DNA of 64,000 bases from Myxococcota bacterium (GTDB lineage: Bacteria > Myxococcota_A > UBA9160 > UBA4427), in assembly GCA_965250285.1 (NCBI GenBank), contig OZ252299.1, positions 96,001 to 160,000 of the forward strand. Reading direction: 5' to 3'. Position numbers and translations under genes: made by a program. The stretch's first letter is position 1, and every line of letters starts with the position of its first letter. The notes beneath the pieces are model-generated. The model was not told the DNA's origin and ran no database searches. It saw only the letters and a list, made by a program, of their open reading frames with translations. This document shows positions 1 through 10,378 of this stretch, in pieces.

Positions 1-600
1 GGGCGCGAGGCCGAGAAGCCCGACCCGAGCCTGCTGAACAGCATGTCGAGCTTTCTCGGGAGCGTGGACCTCCCCGAACCCATGCGCTGCGAACCGAACC
101 CCGAGTTCGGAGACACGCCCGACCTCGCCACGCTCACGCGCGCGGCCCTCGAGCGGCTGACACGCGACCCCGAGCGGGGCTTCTTCTTGATGATCGAATC
201 TGCGTCGGTCGACAAGGAGAGCCATCGCCGCCGCGCGTGCGGAGCGATCGGCGAGATGGAGCAGCTCGACGAGGCCCTGGCTGTGGCGCTCGAGGTGGCT
301 TCACCGGAGACGCTCGTGATCGTCACGGCCGACCATGGGCACGCGGCGCAGATCGTGCCCGAGGAGAGCCTCTTCACGAAGTACGGCATGCCCGTCTACA
401 CGCCGGGCCATCTCGTTCGCGTCGTGACCCACGACGGGGCCGTGATGTCGATCAACTACGCGACGAACGACTTCTATGCAGAGGAGCACACCGGTGTTCA
501 GGTGCCGCTCTACGCGAACGAGGTCGCCCGGGAAGACATCGCGACGATGATCGATCAGCCCGATCTCTTCGAGATCATGCGGCGGCACCTGGGGCTGTAG
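1..600 (+). CDS. Alkaline phosphatase family protein, C-terminal part (5' end outside window)
   Basis: Frame open from base 1; motifs GFFLMIESASVDKESH, TLVIVTADHGH and EHTGVQVPLYA match AP metal-binding segments. Confidence 0.85.
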   Translation, partial: GREAEKPDPSLLNSMSSFLGSVDLPEPMRCEPNPEFGDTPDLATLTRAALERLTRDPERGFFLMIESASVDKESHRRRACGAIGEMEQLDEALAVALEVASPETLVIVTADHGHAAQIVPEESLFTKYGMPVYTPGHLVRVVTHDGAVMSINYATNDFYAEEHTGVQVPLYANEVAREDIATMIDQPDLFEIMRRHLGL

Positions 601-616
601 GCGTGCGGCCCGCCGG

Positions 617-1471
617 CTAGCGGCGTCGACCGGCGTGCGCGAGGCCGGCCAGGCCGATCATCATGAGCAGCGCCGATCGGGGCTCGGGGACGTAGGCGAA
701 GGCGTTGATGTCCTGGCCGTTGTCCGTCATGCGAGCCGACCCGTCGAAGAACATCGAATAGCCGCCTCCGACGAGGATCTCGAAGATGTCCTCGTCGCGG
801 TACACGTTCGAGTCGAGCGTCGTGTTGGCTGCGGCGAGCGAGACGAGCAGGTTGCCGCCGGTGTTCACCGAGATGCCATCGACGTCGACGTTCTGACCGA
901 AGTCGGCTTCGCTGAAGATGATGCGAACGGCACCAGGTGCGAGACCGTCGATCGTGTCGGTCGTCGAGCGGTTGTACTCGACGATGTCGCCGTCGTCCCA
1001 GCCGTTCCGGTTGTTCGCGGTCGAGAAGAGAAGGTTGCCGTTTGTGAGCTCGTGGATCGCGTCGATATTGTTCGCGCCGTTGCCGGGCAGAATGTTGCCG
1101 TCGAGAAAGAGCTCGGTCGCGTCGGTCTGAGAGTTCCAGGCGAAGACGTTGCGCCGGTGGGCGTTCACCCCGTTGATGGTCTCGTTGCCCTGCGTCGAGA
1201 TCAGATACGTGACGCCGTCGGGCCGAATCGCAAAGGCGTTCAAGTTCGTGTTGCCGTCGGCGAAGTCGGCCTCGTCGAATTCGAGCGTGCCATCGAGGAG
1301 CGGGGTGTTGTCGAGGTCGACGCTGAAGACGTCGCCGTTGCCGAACTGGTTGTTGCCCGTCGGGCCGGCCGCCTGGTTCGTCGACAAATACAGCGTATTG
1401 GCGGCGGCGGTACCCGCGGCGAGTACGGCGACGACCGCGGCAGCGGCCACCTGCGAAAGCAGGTGCCTCAT
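617..1471 (-). CDS. PEP-CTERM sorting-domain exported protein
   Basis: Signal peptide MRHLLSQVAAAAVV...; C-terminus VPEPRSALLMMIGLAGLAHAGRRR; ATG overlaps upstream stop. Confidence 0.85.
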   Translation of the reverse strand: MRHLLSQVAAAAVVAVLAAGTAAANTLYLSTNQAAGPTGNNQFGNGDVFSVDLDNTPLLDGTLEFDEADFADGNTNLNAFAIRPDGVTYLISTQGNETINGVNAHRRNVFAWNSQTDATELFLDGNILPGNGANNIDAIHELTNGNLLFSTANNRNGWDDGDIVEYNRSTTDTIDGLAPGAVRIIFSEADFGQNVDVDGISVNTGGNLLVSLAAANTTLDSNVYRDEDIFEILVGGGYSMFFDGSARMTDNGQDINAFAYVPEPRSALLMMIGLAGLAHAGRRR

Positions 1472-2229
1472 CGCGCGAACCGACCGTGTCGTCGCGCCAG
1501 AGCCGCGATGCCGACGCCCAGGAGCAGGGCGGTGCCGGGCTCGGGCACCGGGGGCGGCGCTTCGTAGGGCGCGAACTCGGTGTCGCTGAAGTCGACCGGG
1601 GCGCTGCCGTCGACCGAGAAACGGAAGTTGACGTTGCCGCCGCAGCAGCCCTCGAAGCCGATCCACGAGATCGTGTACGTCTCGCCGGCCGTCAGGCTGA
1701 GCACCGTCGAGAAGACGTCGGGGTTGCTCCAGCTGTTGCCCCACCAGATGTCGTCGTCGGTGACGAACTCGTCGAGGACGGCGCCGGAGCCGACGTGAAC
1801 GGCCTGGGTCGCGCCGCCGCGGCCCCAGTCGGTGCCGACCTGAAACTCGTAGGTCCCGGTGACACCGGCGGTGAACGTCGTCGAGATCAACGTGCTGTAG
1901 TCGGAATTCGTCCCCGCATACGTCGTCGACGAGATGCCGTCGATCGCCGACACGGTCTGCGAAGAGAGCAGGGTCTCGCTCTGATGCTGCAGCAACAGGC
2001 TGTCGAAGGTGTCGGTCGCGATCGTCTGGTACGTCGAGCTGCGGAAGTCGAGCTGGAACGTGAGCGCGTCGGCGGGCTTCGACACGAGCAACGTGATGCC
2101 GATGGAGAGCAGGAGCGTGACGCAGAGCAGCGCGAGCGCGCCCGGCGGGCGCTGCGTCTCGGGTGCCTGAAGCAGACTCGGTTGATTTCGAGTGTGCTTG
2201 CACTCTGTCGGTTGCAGGGGGGGCTGCAT
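1468..2229 (-). CDS. PEP-CTERM protein with PA14-like region and CCxG motif
   Basis: Signal peptide, YEFQVGTDWGRGG, GFEGCCGG, VPEPGTALLLGVGIAALARR. Confidence 0.85.
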   Translation of the reverse strand: MQPPLQPTECKHTRNQPSLLQAPETQRPPGALALLCVTLLLSIGITLLVSKPADALTFQLDFRSSTYQTIATDTFDSLLLQHQSETLLSSQTVSAIDGISSTTYAGTNSDYSTLISTTFTAGVTGTYEFQVGTDWGRGGATQAVHVGSGAVLDEFVTDDDIWWGNSWSNPDVFSTVLSLTAGETYTISWIGFEGCCGGNVNFRFSVDGSAPVDFSDTEFAPYEAPPPVPEPGTALLLGVGIAALARRHGRFAR

Positions 2230-2464
2230 CGTCTCGTCCTCGCCCGCGAGATCAGGGTGTGTCCCGAATCACGACGCAGGGTTAACCCTACGTATCGACA
2301 TCTGGCGGGTGCGCTTGAGTCGGCCCAGACCCATGCAAGCGCGAATCCGACACGATGTGAGGGCGATGCGCAGGCCAGCGGCAGCGAGGTGGCAACTCGC
2401 GGGGCCGCGCTGCGGCGTGGCGCGACGGGTGGCGAGGATGGGCGATGGGAGGAGCGGCGCGGCT

Positions 2465-3655
2465 TCAGCTCAGGAACCGCAGCGCGACCCCGGCGTGAAG
2501 GGCGATCCCGTTCACCATCCCCGGCTCATCGAGGCGCATGCGATTCGAGTGGACGGGCGCGGGCTTCGTCGAACCCTCTTCGCGCAGGCCGAGAAACACC
2601 ATCGTGCCGGGCACTCGCTCGAGGATGTACGAGAAGTCTTCGGCGCCCATGACGGGCGCCGGCATGTCGACGAACTTCTGGCCGCCGAGCACCTCGCCGA
2701 CGACCCCCCGCGTGAACGAGAAGAACCCCTCGTCGTTGACCGTGACGGGATAGCCCTCGTGCAGGGCAACCTCGGCGGTGCAGCCATGGGCCGCCGCCAT
2801 GCCGTGGACGACCCGCTGCAGACCAGTGCGCGCTCGTGTTCGCGTCCGGTCGGACGTAGAGCGGATCGTGCCGGCGAGCGTCGCGGTCTCGGGGATCACG
2901 TTCATCGCGGTGCCCGCGCGAATCTTCGTCGTGGTGATCACGGCGGGATCGAAGGCGTTCAGCTCGCGCGTCACCATGTTCTGCAGCGCGCCCGTGATCT
3001 CGCATGCGGCCGGGATCGGATCGGTGGCGAGGTGGGGCATCGATGCGTGCCCGCCGGCGCCCTTGATCACGATCTCGAACTCGTCCGTCGCGGCGAGCAG
3101 CGGTCCGGGCCGCCCGGCTGCGAAGCCCACCGGCAGCTTCGCGTCGACGTGGATCGCGAACGCGGCGTCGGGTGTCCGCCCCTCGTCGATCAGGCCCTCC
3201 TCGACGCAGAAGCGCGCACCGAAGTGGCCCTCTTCACCGGATTGGAACAGCAGCTTCAGATCCCCGATCAAGGTGTCGCGCTGGGCGTGGAGGAGATGGG
3301 CTGCGCCGACGAGCATGGCCGTATGCGCGTCGTGGCCGCACGCGTGCATCGCCCCGGGGTTGCGAGACGCAAACTCGACACCGCTGTCCTCCGAGAGGGG
3401 CAGGGCGTCCATGTCGGCGCGCAGCAGCAGACAGGGGCCGGGTCGGCCCGTCGACATGGTCGCGACGAACGAGCTGGTGGTCTTCGAGTGGGCGATGTCG
3501 AGCCCGAGCGGGGCGAGGGCCTCGAGCACGCGCGCCTTCGTCTCGGGCAGCTCGTTGCCCAGCTCGGGGTGTGCGTGCAACGCGCGACGAAGGTCGATCG
3601 TCCGCGCGAGCTGCGACGCGGCGACAGAATCGAGGTCGGGCTGGAGCGGCGGCAT
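2465..3655 (-). CDS. M20 family amidohydrolase (hippurate hydrolase-like)
   Basis: LHAHPEL, RADMDAL, MHACGHDAH, GGHASMPH, MGAEDFS motifs. Confidence 0.92.
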   Translation of the reverse strand: MPPLQPDLDSVAASQLARTIDLRRALHAHPELGNELPETKARVLEALAPLGLDIAHSKTTSSFVATMSTGRPGPCLLLRADMDALPLSEDSGVEFASRNPGAMHACGHDAHTAMLVGAAHLLHAQRDTLIGDLKLLFQSGEEGHFGARFCVEEGLIDEGRTPDAAFAIHVDAKLPVGFAAGRPGPLLAATDEFEIVIKGAGGHASMPHLATDPIPAACEITGALQNMVTRELNAFDPAVITTTKIRAGTAMNVIPETATLAGTIRSTSDRTRTRARTGLQRVVHGMAAAHGCTAEVALHEGYPVTVNDEGFFSFTRGVVGEVLGGQKFVDMPAPVMGAEDFSYILERVPGTMVFLGLREEGSTKPAPVHSNRMRLDEPGMVNGIALHAGVALRFLS

Positions 3656-3780
3656 GGTCGTTCCTCGCGAGCGGTCAGGGTCTGCGATCGTACCATGGGC
3701 GCACCGGCCGGCCGCGCTCGGCCCGGTCTGTGCGACCCCTCGAGCCGATCGGAATCGAACACCCCAAGGGACCCGCCATC

Positions 3781-4440
3781 TTGAATCGCCGCATCCTCGT
3801 GCTCTTCGCGCATCCGTCGGTCGAACGATCGGAGGTGAACGCGCACCTGCTTCGCGCCACGCTCGGTCGCGACTTCGTGACGGTGGTCGATCTGTACGCC
3901 GAGTATCCCGACTATCACATCGACATCGATCAGGAGCAGCAGCGTCTGCGCGAGCACGACGTGATCGTGTTCATGTTCCCCCTGTTCTGGTACTCGACGC
4001 CCGCGATCCTCAAGGAGTGGCAGGATCTCGTGCTCGAGTACGGCTTCGCGTACGGCCACGAGGGCACCGAGCTTCGCGACAAGACGTTTCTGTGCGTATT
4101 GAGTGCCGGCGGGCCGCAGGAGGCCTATCACGCCGGAGGCTACAACCACTACACGATCCGCGAGCTGCTGCGACCGCTCGAGCAGACCGCGTCGCTCTGC
4201 GGCATGCGCTTCGTCGCTCCGTTCGCCCTCTTCGCTTCGCGCACGGCCGTCGAAGAGGAGCGCCTCGACGAGCACGTCGACGACTGGGTGCGCCTGCTCG
4301 ATGCGCTCCGCCACGATCGGCTCGACGTCGACGCGGCCAGCGAGCTGCGTACGTTGAATGCCGATCTCGATCGCGTGATTCGACCCGCCACGCTCGACGA
4401 GGTGCCGACCGAGGCCGACGCCGCCGGGGGTGCCGAGTGA
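3781..4440 (+). CDS. kefG: NAD(P)H oxidoreductase, KefF/KefG ancillary protein
   Basis: TTG start; ILVLFAHP, FPLFWYSTPAILKEWQDLVLEYGFAYG; coupled to the Kef antiporter. Confidence 0.85.
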   Translation: MNRRILVLFAHPSVERSEVNAHLLRATLGRDFVTVVDLYAEYPDYHIDIDQEQQRLREHDVIVFMFPLFWYSTPAILKEWQDLVLEYGFAYGHEGTELRDKTFLCVLSAGGPQEAYHAGGYNHYTIRELLRPLEQTASLCGMRFVAPFALFASRTAVEEERLDEHVDDWVRLLDALRHDRLDVDAASELRTLNADLDRVIRPATLDEVPTEADAAGGAE

Positions 4441-6368
4441 TCGAGCCGCTGCTGAATGCCTTCATCTACCTGGTGGCGACCGTCATCGCCGTGCCGCTGG
4501 CCAAGCGATTCGGGCTCGGCTCGGTGCTCGGCTACCTGATCGCCGGCGTCGTCATCGGCCCGGTGCTCGGACTCGTCGGCGACGAGATGACCGAGCTGCA
4601 GCACTACGCCGAGTTCGGTGTCGTCATGATGCTCTTCGTCGTCGGCCTCGAGCTCGAGCCGCGCATGCTGTGGGGGATGCGCGACCGGCTGCTCGGTCTC
4701 GGCGGGCTCCAGGTGACGGTGACGGCGCTCGCCTTCGCGGGGATCGCGCTGGCCTTCGGTTTGCTCTGGCAGACGGCGGTCGCGGTCGGTTTGATGCTCG
4801 CGTTGTCGTCGACGGCCATCGTGCTTCAGACGTTTCAGGAGAAGGGGCTCGCGGGGACGGCCGGGGGTCGGGCGGCGTTCTCGGTGCTGCTCTTTCAGGA
4901 CATCGCCGTCATTCCGATTCTGGCGATCATTCCTCTGCTGGCCCTGCCCGAGCTCTCGGCGGCGACGGCAGGCGCCGGCCACGGCGACGGCGGCCACGGA
5001 GGTGCAACGTTCGTCCAGCACCTCGACGCATGGGCGCAGGGCCTCGTCGTGCTGGCGTCGATCGCAGGTGTCGTCGCGATCGGTCACTTCTTGTCGCGCC
5101 CGCTCTTTCGGCTCGTGGCTGCGACGGGGCTGCGGGAGGCGTTCACGGCTGTTGCCCTGATGCTCGTGATCGGCGTCGCGCTGCTCATGATGCTCGTGGG
5201 TCTCTCGCCCGCCCTCGGCACGTTCCTCGCGGGTGTCGTGCTCGCGAACAGCGAGTTCCGGCATGAGCTCGAGAGCGACATCGAGCCCTTCAAGGGGCTG
5301 CTGCTCGGTCTGTTCTTCATCACGGTCGGCGCGGGCATTCGCTTCGACGTGCTCGCGAACGACCTGGGGCTGATCGTCGGCCTCACGCTCGGCGTCATGG
5401 TGCTGAAGGCGATGGTGCTCTTCGGTCTGGCCCTCGCGTTCGGCGTACGCCGCAGCGAGGGGTGGCTGTTCACGATGAGCCTGGCTCAGGCCGGCGAGTT
5501 CGGCTTCGTGCTGCTCGGCTACTCGGTGGCGCAGTCGGTCGTGCCCCCCGAGCTCGCGCCGACGCTTGCGCTGGTTGTCGGCCTCTCGATGTTTCTCACG
5601 CCCACGCTCTTCATCGCGTTCGATCGTGTCGTGGTGCCGCGATATGCCGCGGGAGGCGCCGATCGCGCGCCCGACGAGATCGACGAGCGCGGCTCGGTCG
5701 TCATCGCGGGCATTGGCCGCTTCGGGCAGATCGTGAACCGCCTGCTCACGGCCAATGGCGTCAAGACCGTCGTGCTCGACCGCACGCCGGCCCAGGTCGA
5801 GAACATGCGCAAGGTCGAGATGAAGAGCTACTTCGGCGACGCCACCCGGCCCGAGCTTCTGCACACGGCGGGGGTCGACGAGGCGTCGCTCTTCGTCGTC
5901 GCCATCGACGAGCAGGATCTCGCCGTCGAGTTGGTCGGCCATCTGAAGCACCGCCACCCGCATCTGCGCGTGCTCGCGCGGGCGTTCGACCGCGGGCACG
6001 AATTTCGCCTGCGCGAGGCCGGGGCCGACTACACGGTGCGTGAGACAAACTATTCGGCGCTCGAGCTGGGCGCCGAGGCGCTGCGCGACCTCGGCATCCA
6101 TCCGTTCAAGGCCGAGCAGCTGAAGGCCACGTTCGAACGCGCCGAGTCGGACGTACAGGACCAGCTCTACGACGCCTGGCTGCGTCGGCCCGAGGGCGAG
6201 CGGATGGGCCATGACTACCGCGGTCTGTTCATCCAGCTGAACGCCGCGATGGCCGACGCCATGCGCGGGGACCGCGACGATCGGCACACGCGCGGCGCCC
6301 GCGGCTGGACGCCGCCGCCGAAGGGGTACGCGTCGAAGATCGACTCGGAGCCGAACTCGGAAGACTGA
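4437..6368 (+). CDS. kefB: CPA2 potassium-efflux antiporter KefB/KefC with TrkA-N domain
   Basis: GLGSVLGYLIAG, HELESDIEPFKGLLLGLFF, AQAGEFGFVL, GIGRFGQ, FGDATRPELL. Confidence 0.9.
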   Translation: MIEPLLNAFIYLVATVIAVPLAKRFGLGSVLGYLIAGVVIGPVLGLVGDEMTELQHYAEFGVVMMLFVVGLELEPRMLWGMRDRLLGLGGLQVTVTALAFAGIALAFGLLWQTAVAVGLMLALSSTAIVLQTFQEKGLAGTAGGRAAFSVLLFQDIAVIPILAIIPLLALPELSAATAGAGHGDGGHGGATFVQHLDAWAQGLVVLASIAGVVAIGHFLSRPLFRLVAATGLREAFTAVALMLVIGVALLMMLVGLSPALGTFLAGVVLANSEFRHELESDIEPFKGLLLGLFFITVGAGIRFDVLANDLGLIVGLTLGVMVLKAMVLFGLALAFGVRRSEGWLFTMSLAQAGEFGFVLLGYSVAQSVVPPELAPTLALVVGLSMFLTPTLFIAFDRVVVPRYAAGGADRAPDEIDERGSVVIAGIGRFGQIVNRLLTANGVKTVVLDRTPAQVENMRKVEMKSYFGDATRPELLHTAGVDEASLFVVAIDEQDLAVELVGHLKHRHPHLRVLARAFDRGHEFRLREAGADYTVRETNYSALELGAEALRDLGIHPFKAEQLKATFERAESDVQDQLYDAWLRRPEGERMGHDYRGLFIQLNAAMADAMRGDRDDRHTRGARGWTPPPKGYASKIDSEPNSED

Positions 6369-6717
6369 TCCCACCCGAATCGGGTGGGACGCCGTGCCCA
6401 CACTTGGGAGCGCACCGCCTCGAGTCACCGGCGACACGGGCCGCGCCACACGGTTGCGTCACCGAATCGTGTCGATCCCATTCATCGTGCGATCGATCGC
6501 GCTACCTTGGACTCGAGACCAGGGCCACCCGCGCAGCTCCCCCCGATGCGCCTGCAGCGGATCCCACTGACGTTCCTCGCTGCCCGCGGTCCCTCCCTCT
6601 GGCCCTCGCTCTGGTCGCCGACCGATGACCGCCACTTCGGCCTCATCGTTCCGCCACCCCCGCCCGGCCGCCACGCCGGTCGACGGCCAGCGTCGGGCAA
6701 CGAGAGGGAGACCCCCC

Positions 6718-7419
6718 ATGGCATTCAGCCGCGTGACGACCGTCGCGCTCCGGCCCGACCGGATCGTGGCATTCCAGGAGCAGATCGCCGAGCTGGCCAA
6801 CGCAGCCGCCGAGAAGGACGACGCCTGGCATTGGACGGCCCATCAGGTGCAGTTTGGCCCCGGCCCGAAAATGCACTTCGCCAGCCGCGCCGAAACCTTC
6901 ACCGACATCGACCGTCAGGGGCAGGTCGAGGAGCTGTGGCTTCGGACCCTGGGCAACACGCGTGGGCTCGAGGCGATGATGCGGGCGCAGAACTGCATCC
7001 AGTCGATCGATCAGTCTCTGTCGGTCGATCGGCCCGATCTCTCGTACGTCGACGATCTCGCCCCGCCTGGCGAATACCCCGTGGCGATCGTGACCATGGT
7101 GCGGGCCCGACCGGGTCACGCCGACGGCTGCGAGGAGCTGATCCGCAAGGTCGCCGAGGCGATCCCGAAGGTCGACGATCCGGCGAAGCTGGTCACGTAC
7201 CAGGTGATGTTCGGTGAGATGAATGCGTACTGGACCCTGCGGCCGCTGCGCAGCATGGGCGACCTCGACGCGCAGCTGCCCGCCACCGAGCTGCTGAACC
7301 AGGCATTCGGTCACGCCGAGGGCGGTTTGCTCTGGCGCAGCGGCAACGAGGCGATCGAAGAGGCCCGCCGCGAGGTGGTCGTCTATCACCCCGAGCTGTC
7401 GAACGTGCCCGGGCGCTGA
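6718..7419 (+). CDS. Hypothetical protein, two-repeat dimeric alpha-beta barrel (NIPSNAP-like)
   Basis: GAGGGAG RBS before ATG; two similar halves; host-like codon usage. Confidence 0.6.
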   Translation: MAFSRVTTVALRPDRIVAFQEQIAELANAAAEKDDAWHWTAHQVQFGPGPKMHFASRAETFTDIDRQGQVEELWLRTLGNTRGLEAMMRAQNCIQSIDQSLSVDRPDLSYVDDLAPPGEYPVAIVTMVRARPGHADGCEELIRKVAEAIPKVDDPAKLVTYQVMFGEMNAYWTLRPLRSMGDLDAQLPATELLNQAFGHAEGGLLWRSGNEAIEEARREVVVYHPELSNVPGR

Positions 7420-7671
7420 CCGAGCACCGGGGCCGCGCGGTCCTCGTCTCGTCGATGCGGGGACCGCGCCTGGCGCTGGCCCATGAAGCGGGGGCGATGG
7501 GGGGATCGAGCCTCGGCCCTGTTGCGGGCCCCCGAAGGCGAAGGGGTCCAGATGGATCCTGAGATTTAACCAGGCCGACTTGAAAAAAACTCACACGCCC
7601 AAGCGACCATCGCGTAGGGTGCGCGTGTTCCATTGCGGTATTCAAGCTGATTCTCTGGGAAGGGGTCACAC

Positions 7672-8268
7672 ATGAGCCGAAGTCGTACTGCTGCGCCCGG
7701 ATTTCGCCGCCCGGGCCGAGGCGCCCTCTCTGCGGCGCTCTTTCTCACTCTCCTCACTGCGCTGCCCGCTTCGGCGGCCCTGATCGATCAGGGGGCCACC
7801 ACCCTCGACGACTCGACGAATCTCGAGTGGCTCGATCTGACCCTGACCCAGGGTCTGACGGCGCAGCAGGCGCTCGACGCGAATCCGACGTTCGTTCAGG
7901 CGACCGTCGCTCAGGTGCAGGCGCTCTATCAGCAAGCCGGCTTCACGAATCTCACGAATCAGACGTGGGATACCGGCAATGCGGCCGGCGCGATCCTGCT
8001 CTTCGATCTCATGGGCTGCACGTTCGGCTGCGACTCGGGCCGGTTCCCGAAGGCGTCGGGCTACGCGACGGGTGGAGCGAACCCGATCTACGGCTTCGAC
8101 GGCCAGAAGGACGCGGGCGGCGTCGTGTTTCGAGCCAAGGTGTTCGAGACGTCGGTCGTGAGCGACTCGGGTCACTACCTCGTGCGCGAAGTCATCCCCG
8201 AGCCCGGGACGATGCTGCTCGTCGGCGTCGGCCTCGCGGGCCTCGCGCTGCGGCGGCGCCAGGCCTAG
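7672..8268 (+). CDS. PEP-CTERM protein
   Basis: Signal peptide, TNLEWLDLTLT, IPEPGTMLLVGVGLAGLALRRR. Confidence 0.88.
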   Translation: MSRSRTAAPGFRRPGRGALSAALFLTLLTALPASAALIDQGATTLDDSTNLEWLDLTLTQGLTAQQALDANPTFVQATVAQVQALYQQAGFTNLTNQTWDTGNAAGAILLFDLMGCTFGCDSGRFPKASGYATGGANPIYGFDGQKDAGGVVFRAKVFETSVVSDSGHYLVREVIPEPGTMLLVGVGLAGLALRRRQA

Positions 8269-8480
8269 GCGGTCGATCGAGGCACCCGGCTCGTCGCGTG
8301 TTCGGCGGGCCGACGCGGGGCCGGGCGTGCTCGACGCGTCGACATCGCTCGGCGGTGTGTGCCGGCGCGACCTGACGCGTGGCCGGGGCGAGGACGATCT
8401 CGGGTGCTCTCGGCTGCCGGGGATCCAGATCGCATCGAGCACTCGCGAGGAACGCGGTGCGCGCGATCTGCGTGGAATCG

Positions 8481-8529
8481 AGTGGTGGCCCAGGGCGGAT
8501 TTGAACCGCCGACACCTCGATTTTCAGTC
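8481..8529 (-). repeat. att site: duplicated 3' part of tRNA-Phe
   Basis: AGTGGTGGCCCAGGGCGGATTTGAACCGCCGACACCTCGATTTTCAGTC identical to 24489-24537. Confidence 0.95.
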
Positions 8530-8648
8530 TCCGGCGCGCCTCTACGATCACCTGCGCAGGACCACTCCCGCGCACCCCAAATGCCTGAAAATGATGAAGA
8601 TTGATGGACTCGTGGCCACCCGCGACTACGCTTTGCTGCGTTGGGCTT

Positions 8649-8676
8649 TGCTTCCGGATGCTTCCGATTTGCTTCC
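8649..8676 (+). promoter_or_regulatory. Three TGCTTCC direct repeats, putative integrase arm-type sites
   Basis: TGCTTCC at 8649, 8659 and 8670; same motif at the other island end. Confidence 0.7.
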
Positions 8677-8712
8677 AGCGTCGGTGAGCGTGGCAAAGCC
8701 GGGAGGCCAGTC

Positions 8713-9936
8713 ATGCCGAAGCTCTCGAAGCGCGAAATCGACTCGATCTCGCCCGACCCCTGTCGCGAAGTCTTTGCCTGGGACGATGACCTGAAGGGCT
8801 TCGGCGTGCGCGTGATGCCCTCGGGACGCAAGTCCTTCGTCATCCAGTACCGCTCCGCCGGACGGACCCGCCGCATGTCGCTCGGTGCCGTAGGTGTTCT
8901 GACCCCCGCCCAAGCTCGCTCGGAAGCCATTCAACGTCTCGCGGAGGTCGCGCAGGGCGGTGACCCCTCGCGCGACCGGCGAGTGGCGCGCCTTGAGCCG
9001 ACGATGAGCGAGCTGGCTGAGCGGTACCTCGAAGAACACGCGAAGCCCCACAAGAAGCCCTCGAGCTACGAGAATGACGTGCGTGGGCTTCGACTTCACG
9101 TTCTACCGGCGCTGGGAAGCGCACGGGTCAAGGACGTGACGCGGCAAGAGGTGGCTGAGCTGCACAGTCGGATGAGAGCCACTCCCATCATTGCGAATCG
9201 CACACTCGCGCTGATCTCGAAGATGTTCAGCTTGGCTCGCCTTTGGGGGATTCGAGACGACAACCCGGTCGTCGGTGTTCCGCGCTTTCGAGAGAACCGC
9301 CGCGAACGCTATCTGTCGGAAGCCGAGATCGCGGACCTCGGTCGAACGCTGCGCGAGGCGGAAGCCCAGAGCGTCGAACCCGCTTCGGCGATCGCAGCGA
9401 TTCGGCTCCTGCTGTTCACCGGCTGTCGCAAAGGCGAGATCCTCTCGTTGCGCTGGCCCGACGTGGACTTCGAGAGAGGCTTGCTCTGGCTCAGGGACAG
9501 CAAGACAGGTGCGCGGACCGTCCCCATTAATGCGCCCGCTCGGGAGATCCTCGTCAACCTGCAACGATCTCGAACCGGCGAGACCTGGGTCATTGAGGGG
9601 CGGCACGCAGGGAAACCCCTCGTCGGGTTGTGGCGGGTTTGGAGCCGCGTGCGGGATCGGGCGGGTCTCGTTGACCTTAGGCTCCATGACCTGCGCCACA
9701 CGCACGCATCAGTCGCAGCTGATGCTGGGCTCTCCCTGCCGGTGATCGGCGCGCTTCTCGGTCACGCGAGCCCCGCTACGACCTCTCGCTATGCCCACCT
9801 TGCAGACGATCCGCGTCGCAGAGGTTCCGACATCGTGGGTGCCAAGGTTGCGGCCGCAATGTTCGACGGTCCCCGCGCCGAATTGCTGGATCTACCTATC
9901 GATCCTCGATCGTTGAAGGGGGCGACCAATGGATGA
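8713..9936 (+). CDS. Tyrosine recombinase/integrase with N-terminal arm-binding domain
   Basis: GGGAGG RBS; GFGVRVMPSGRKSF; catalytic TGCRKGEI, LHDLRH, LLGH, SRYAH. Confidence 0.95.
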   Translation: MPKLSKREIDSISPDPCREVFAWDDDLKGFGVRVMPSGRKSFVIQYRSAGRTRRMSLGAVGVLTPAQARSEAIQRLAEVAQGGDPSRDRRVARLEPTMSELAERYLEEHAKPHKKPSSYENDVRGLRLHVLPALGSARVKDVTRQEVAELHSRMRATPIIANRTLALISKMFSLARLWGIRDDNPVVGVPRFRENRRERYLSEAEIADLGRTLREAEAQSVEPASAIAAIRLLLFTGCRKGEILSLRWPDVDFERGLLWLRDSKTGARTVPINAPAREILVNLQRSRTGETWVIEGRHAGKPLVGLWRVWSRVRDRAGLVDLRLHDLRHTHASVAADAGLSLPVIGALLGHASPATTSRYAHLADDPRRRGSDIVGAKVAAAMFDGPRAELLDLPIDPRSLKGATNG

Positions 9937-10288
9937 CGAAAACGATGGTTCGGGCACCCAGCGCACGAATCTGCTTGGCCTCTCGCGGTCGTTCCGTTTC
10001 GAGTTCGAGTCGGAGGACCCGCTGGAGCGGGCTCGCGAGTTCTACCAGCAACTGCCCCAGCCACTCACGGATCCGTTCATGGAGCTTGTCGGTGACTTGA
10101 TCTGTCACGGAGGGAAATCGAGTGTGGGACTCGCGAACGAAGCGTTCGCGAGGCTGATGCAAGACTCCGGTGTGCGCGCCGGGAACTGCGAGAGGTGCGG
10201 TCGTGCCTTTCTCAAGAAGAGCTCGGACAAGCGCTTCTGCCGGCCGACCTGCCGGGTTCAAGCGAATCGGGATCGGAACTTCTCGTAG
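9929..10288 (+). CDS. Hypothetical protein with C-terminal CGNR-like zinc finger
   Basis: CERCGRAF...KRFCRPTCR; overlaps integrase stop. Confidence 0.65.
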   Translation: MDDENDGSGTQRTNLLGLSRSFRFEFESEDPLERAREFYQQLPQPLTDPFMELVGDLICHGGKSSVGLANEAFARLMQDSGVRAGNCERCGRAFLKKSSDKRFCRPTCRVQANRDRNFS

Positions 10289-10378
10289 CTCCAATTCAGT
10301 TGCTGTGTGCTGCTACGGATACGCGTAGGCGCGCACACTGCGTCCGTTTGGTTCCTTGCGGTACCGAGGGGGACTGCA

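Noticed and set aside
2778..4436. 1196-aa ORF as an N-terminally extended Kef fusion
   Set aside because: The upstream part overlaps the amidohydrolase and kefG; the likely start is GTG 4437, coupled to the kefG stop.
8483..8529. Second tRNA-Phe gene
   Set aside because: Only the 3' part is present; D-arm and 5' acceptor strand are missing, so it is the att duplicate.
8713..9936. Island integrase as the integron integrase IntI
   Set aside because: It has a phage-type N-terminal arm domain, no evident IntI-specific insertion, and sits at the tRNA att rather than beside the array.
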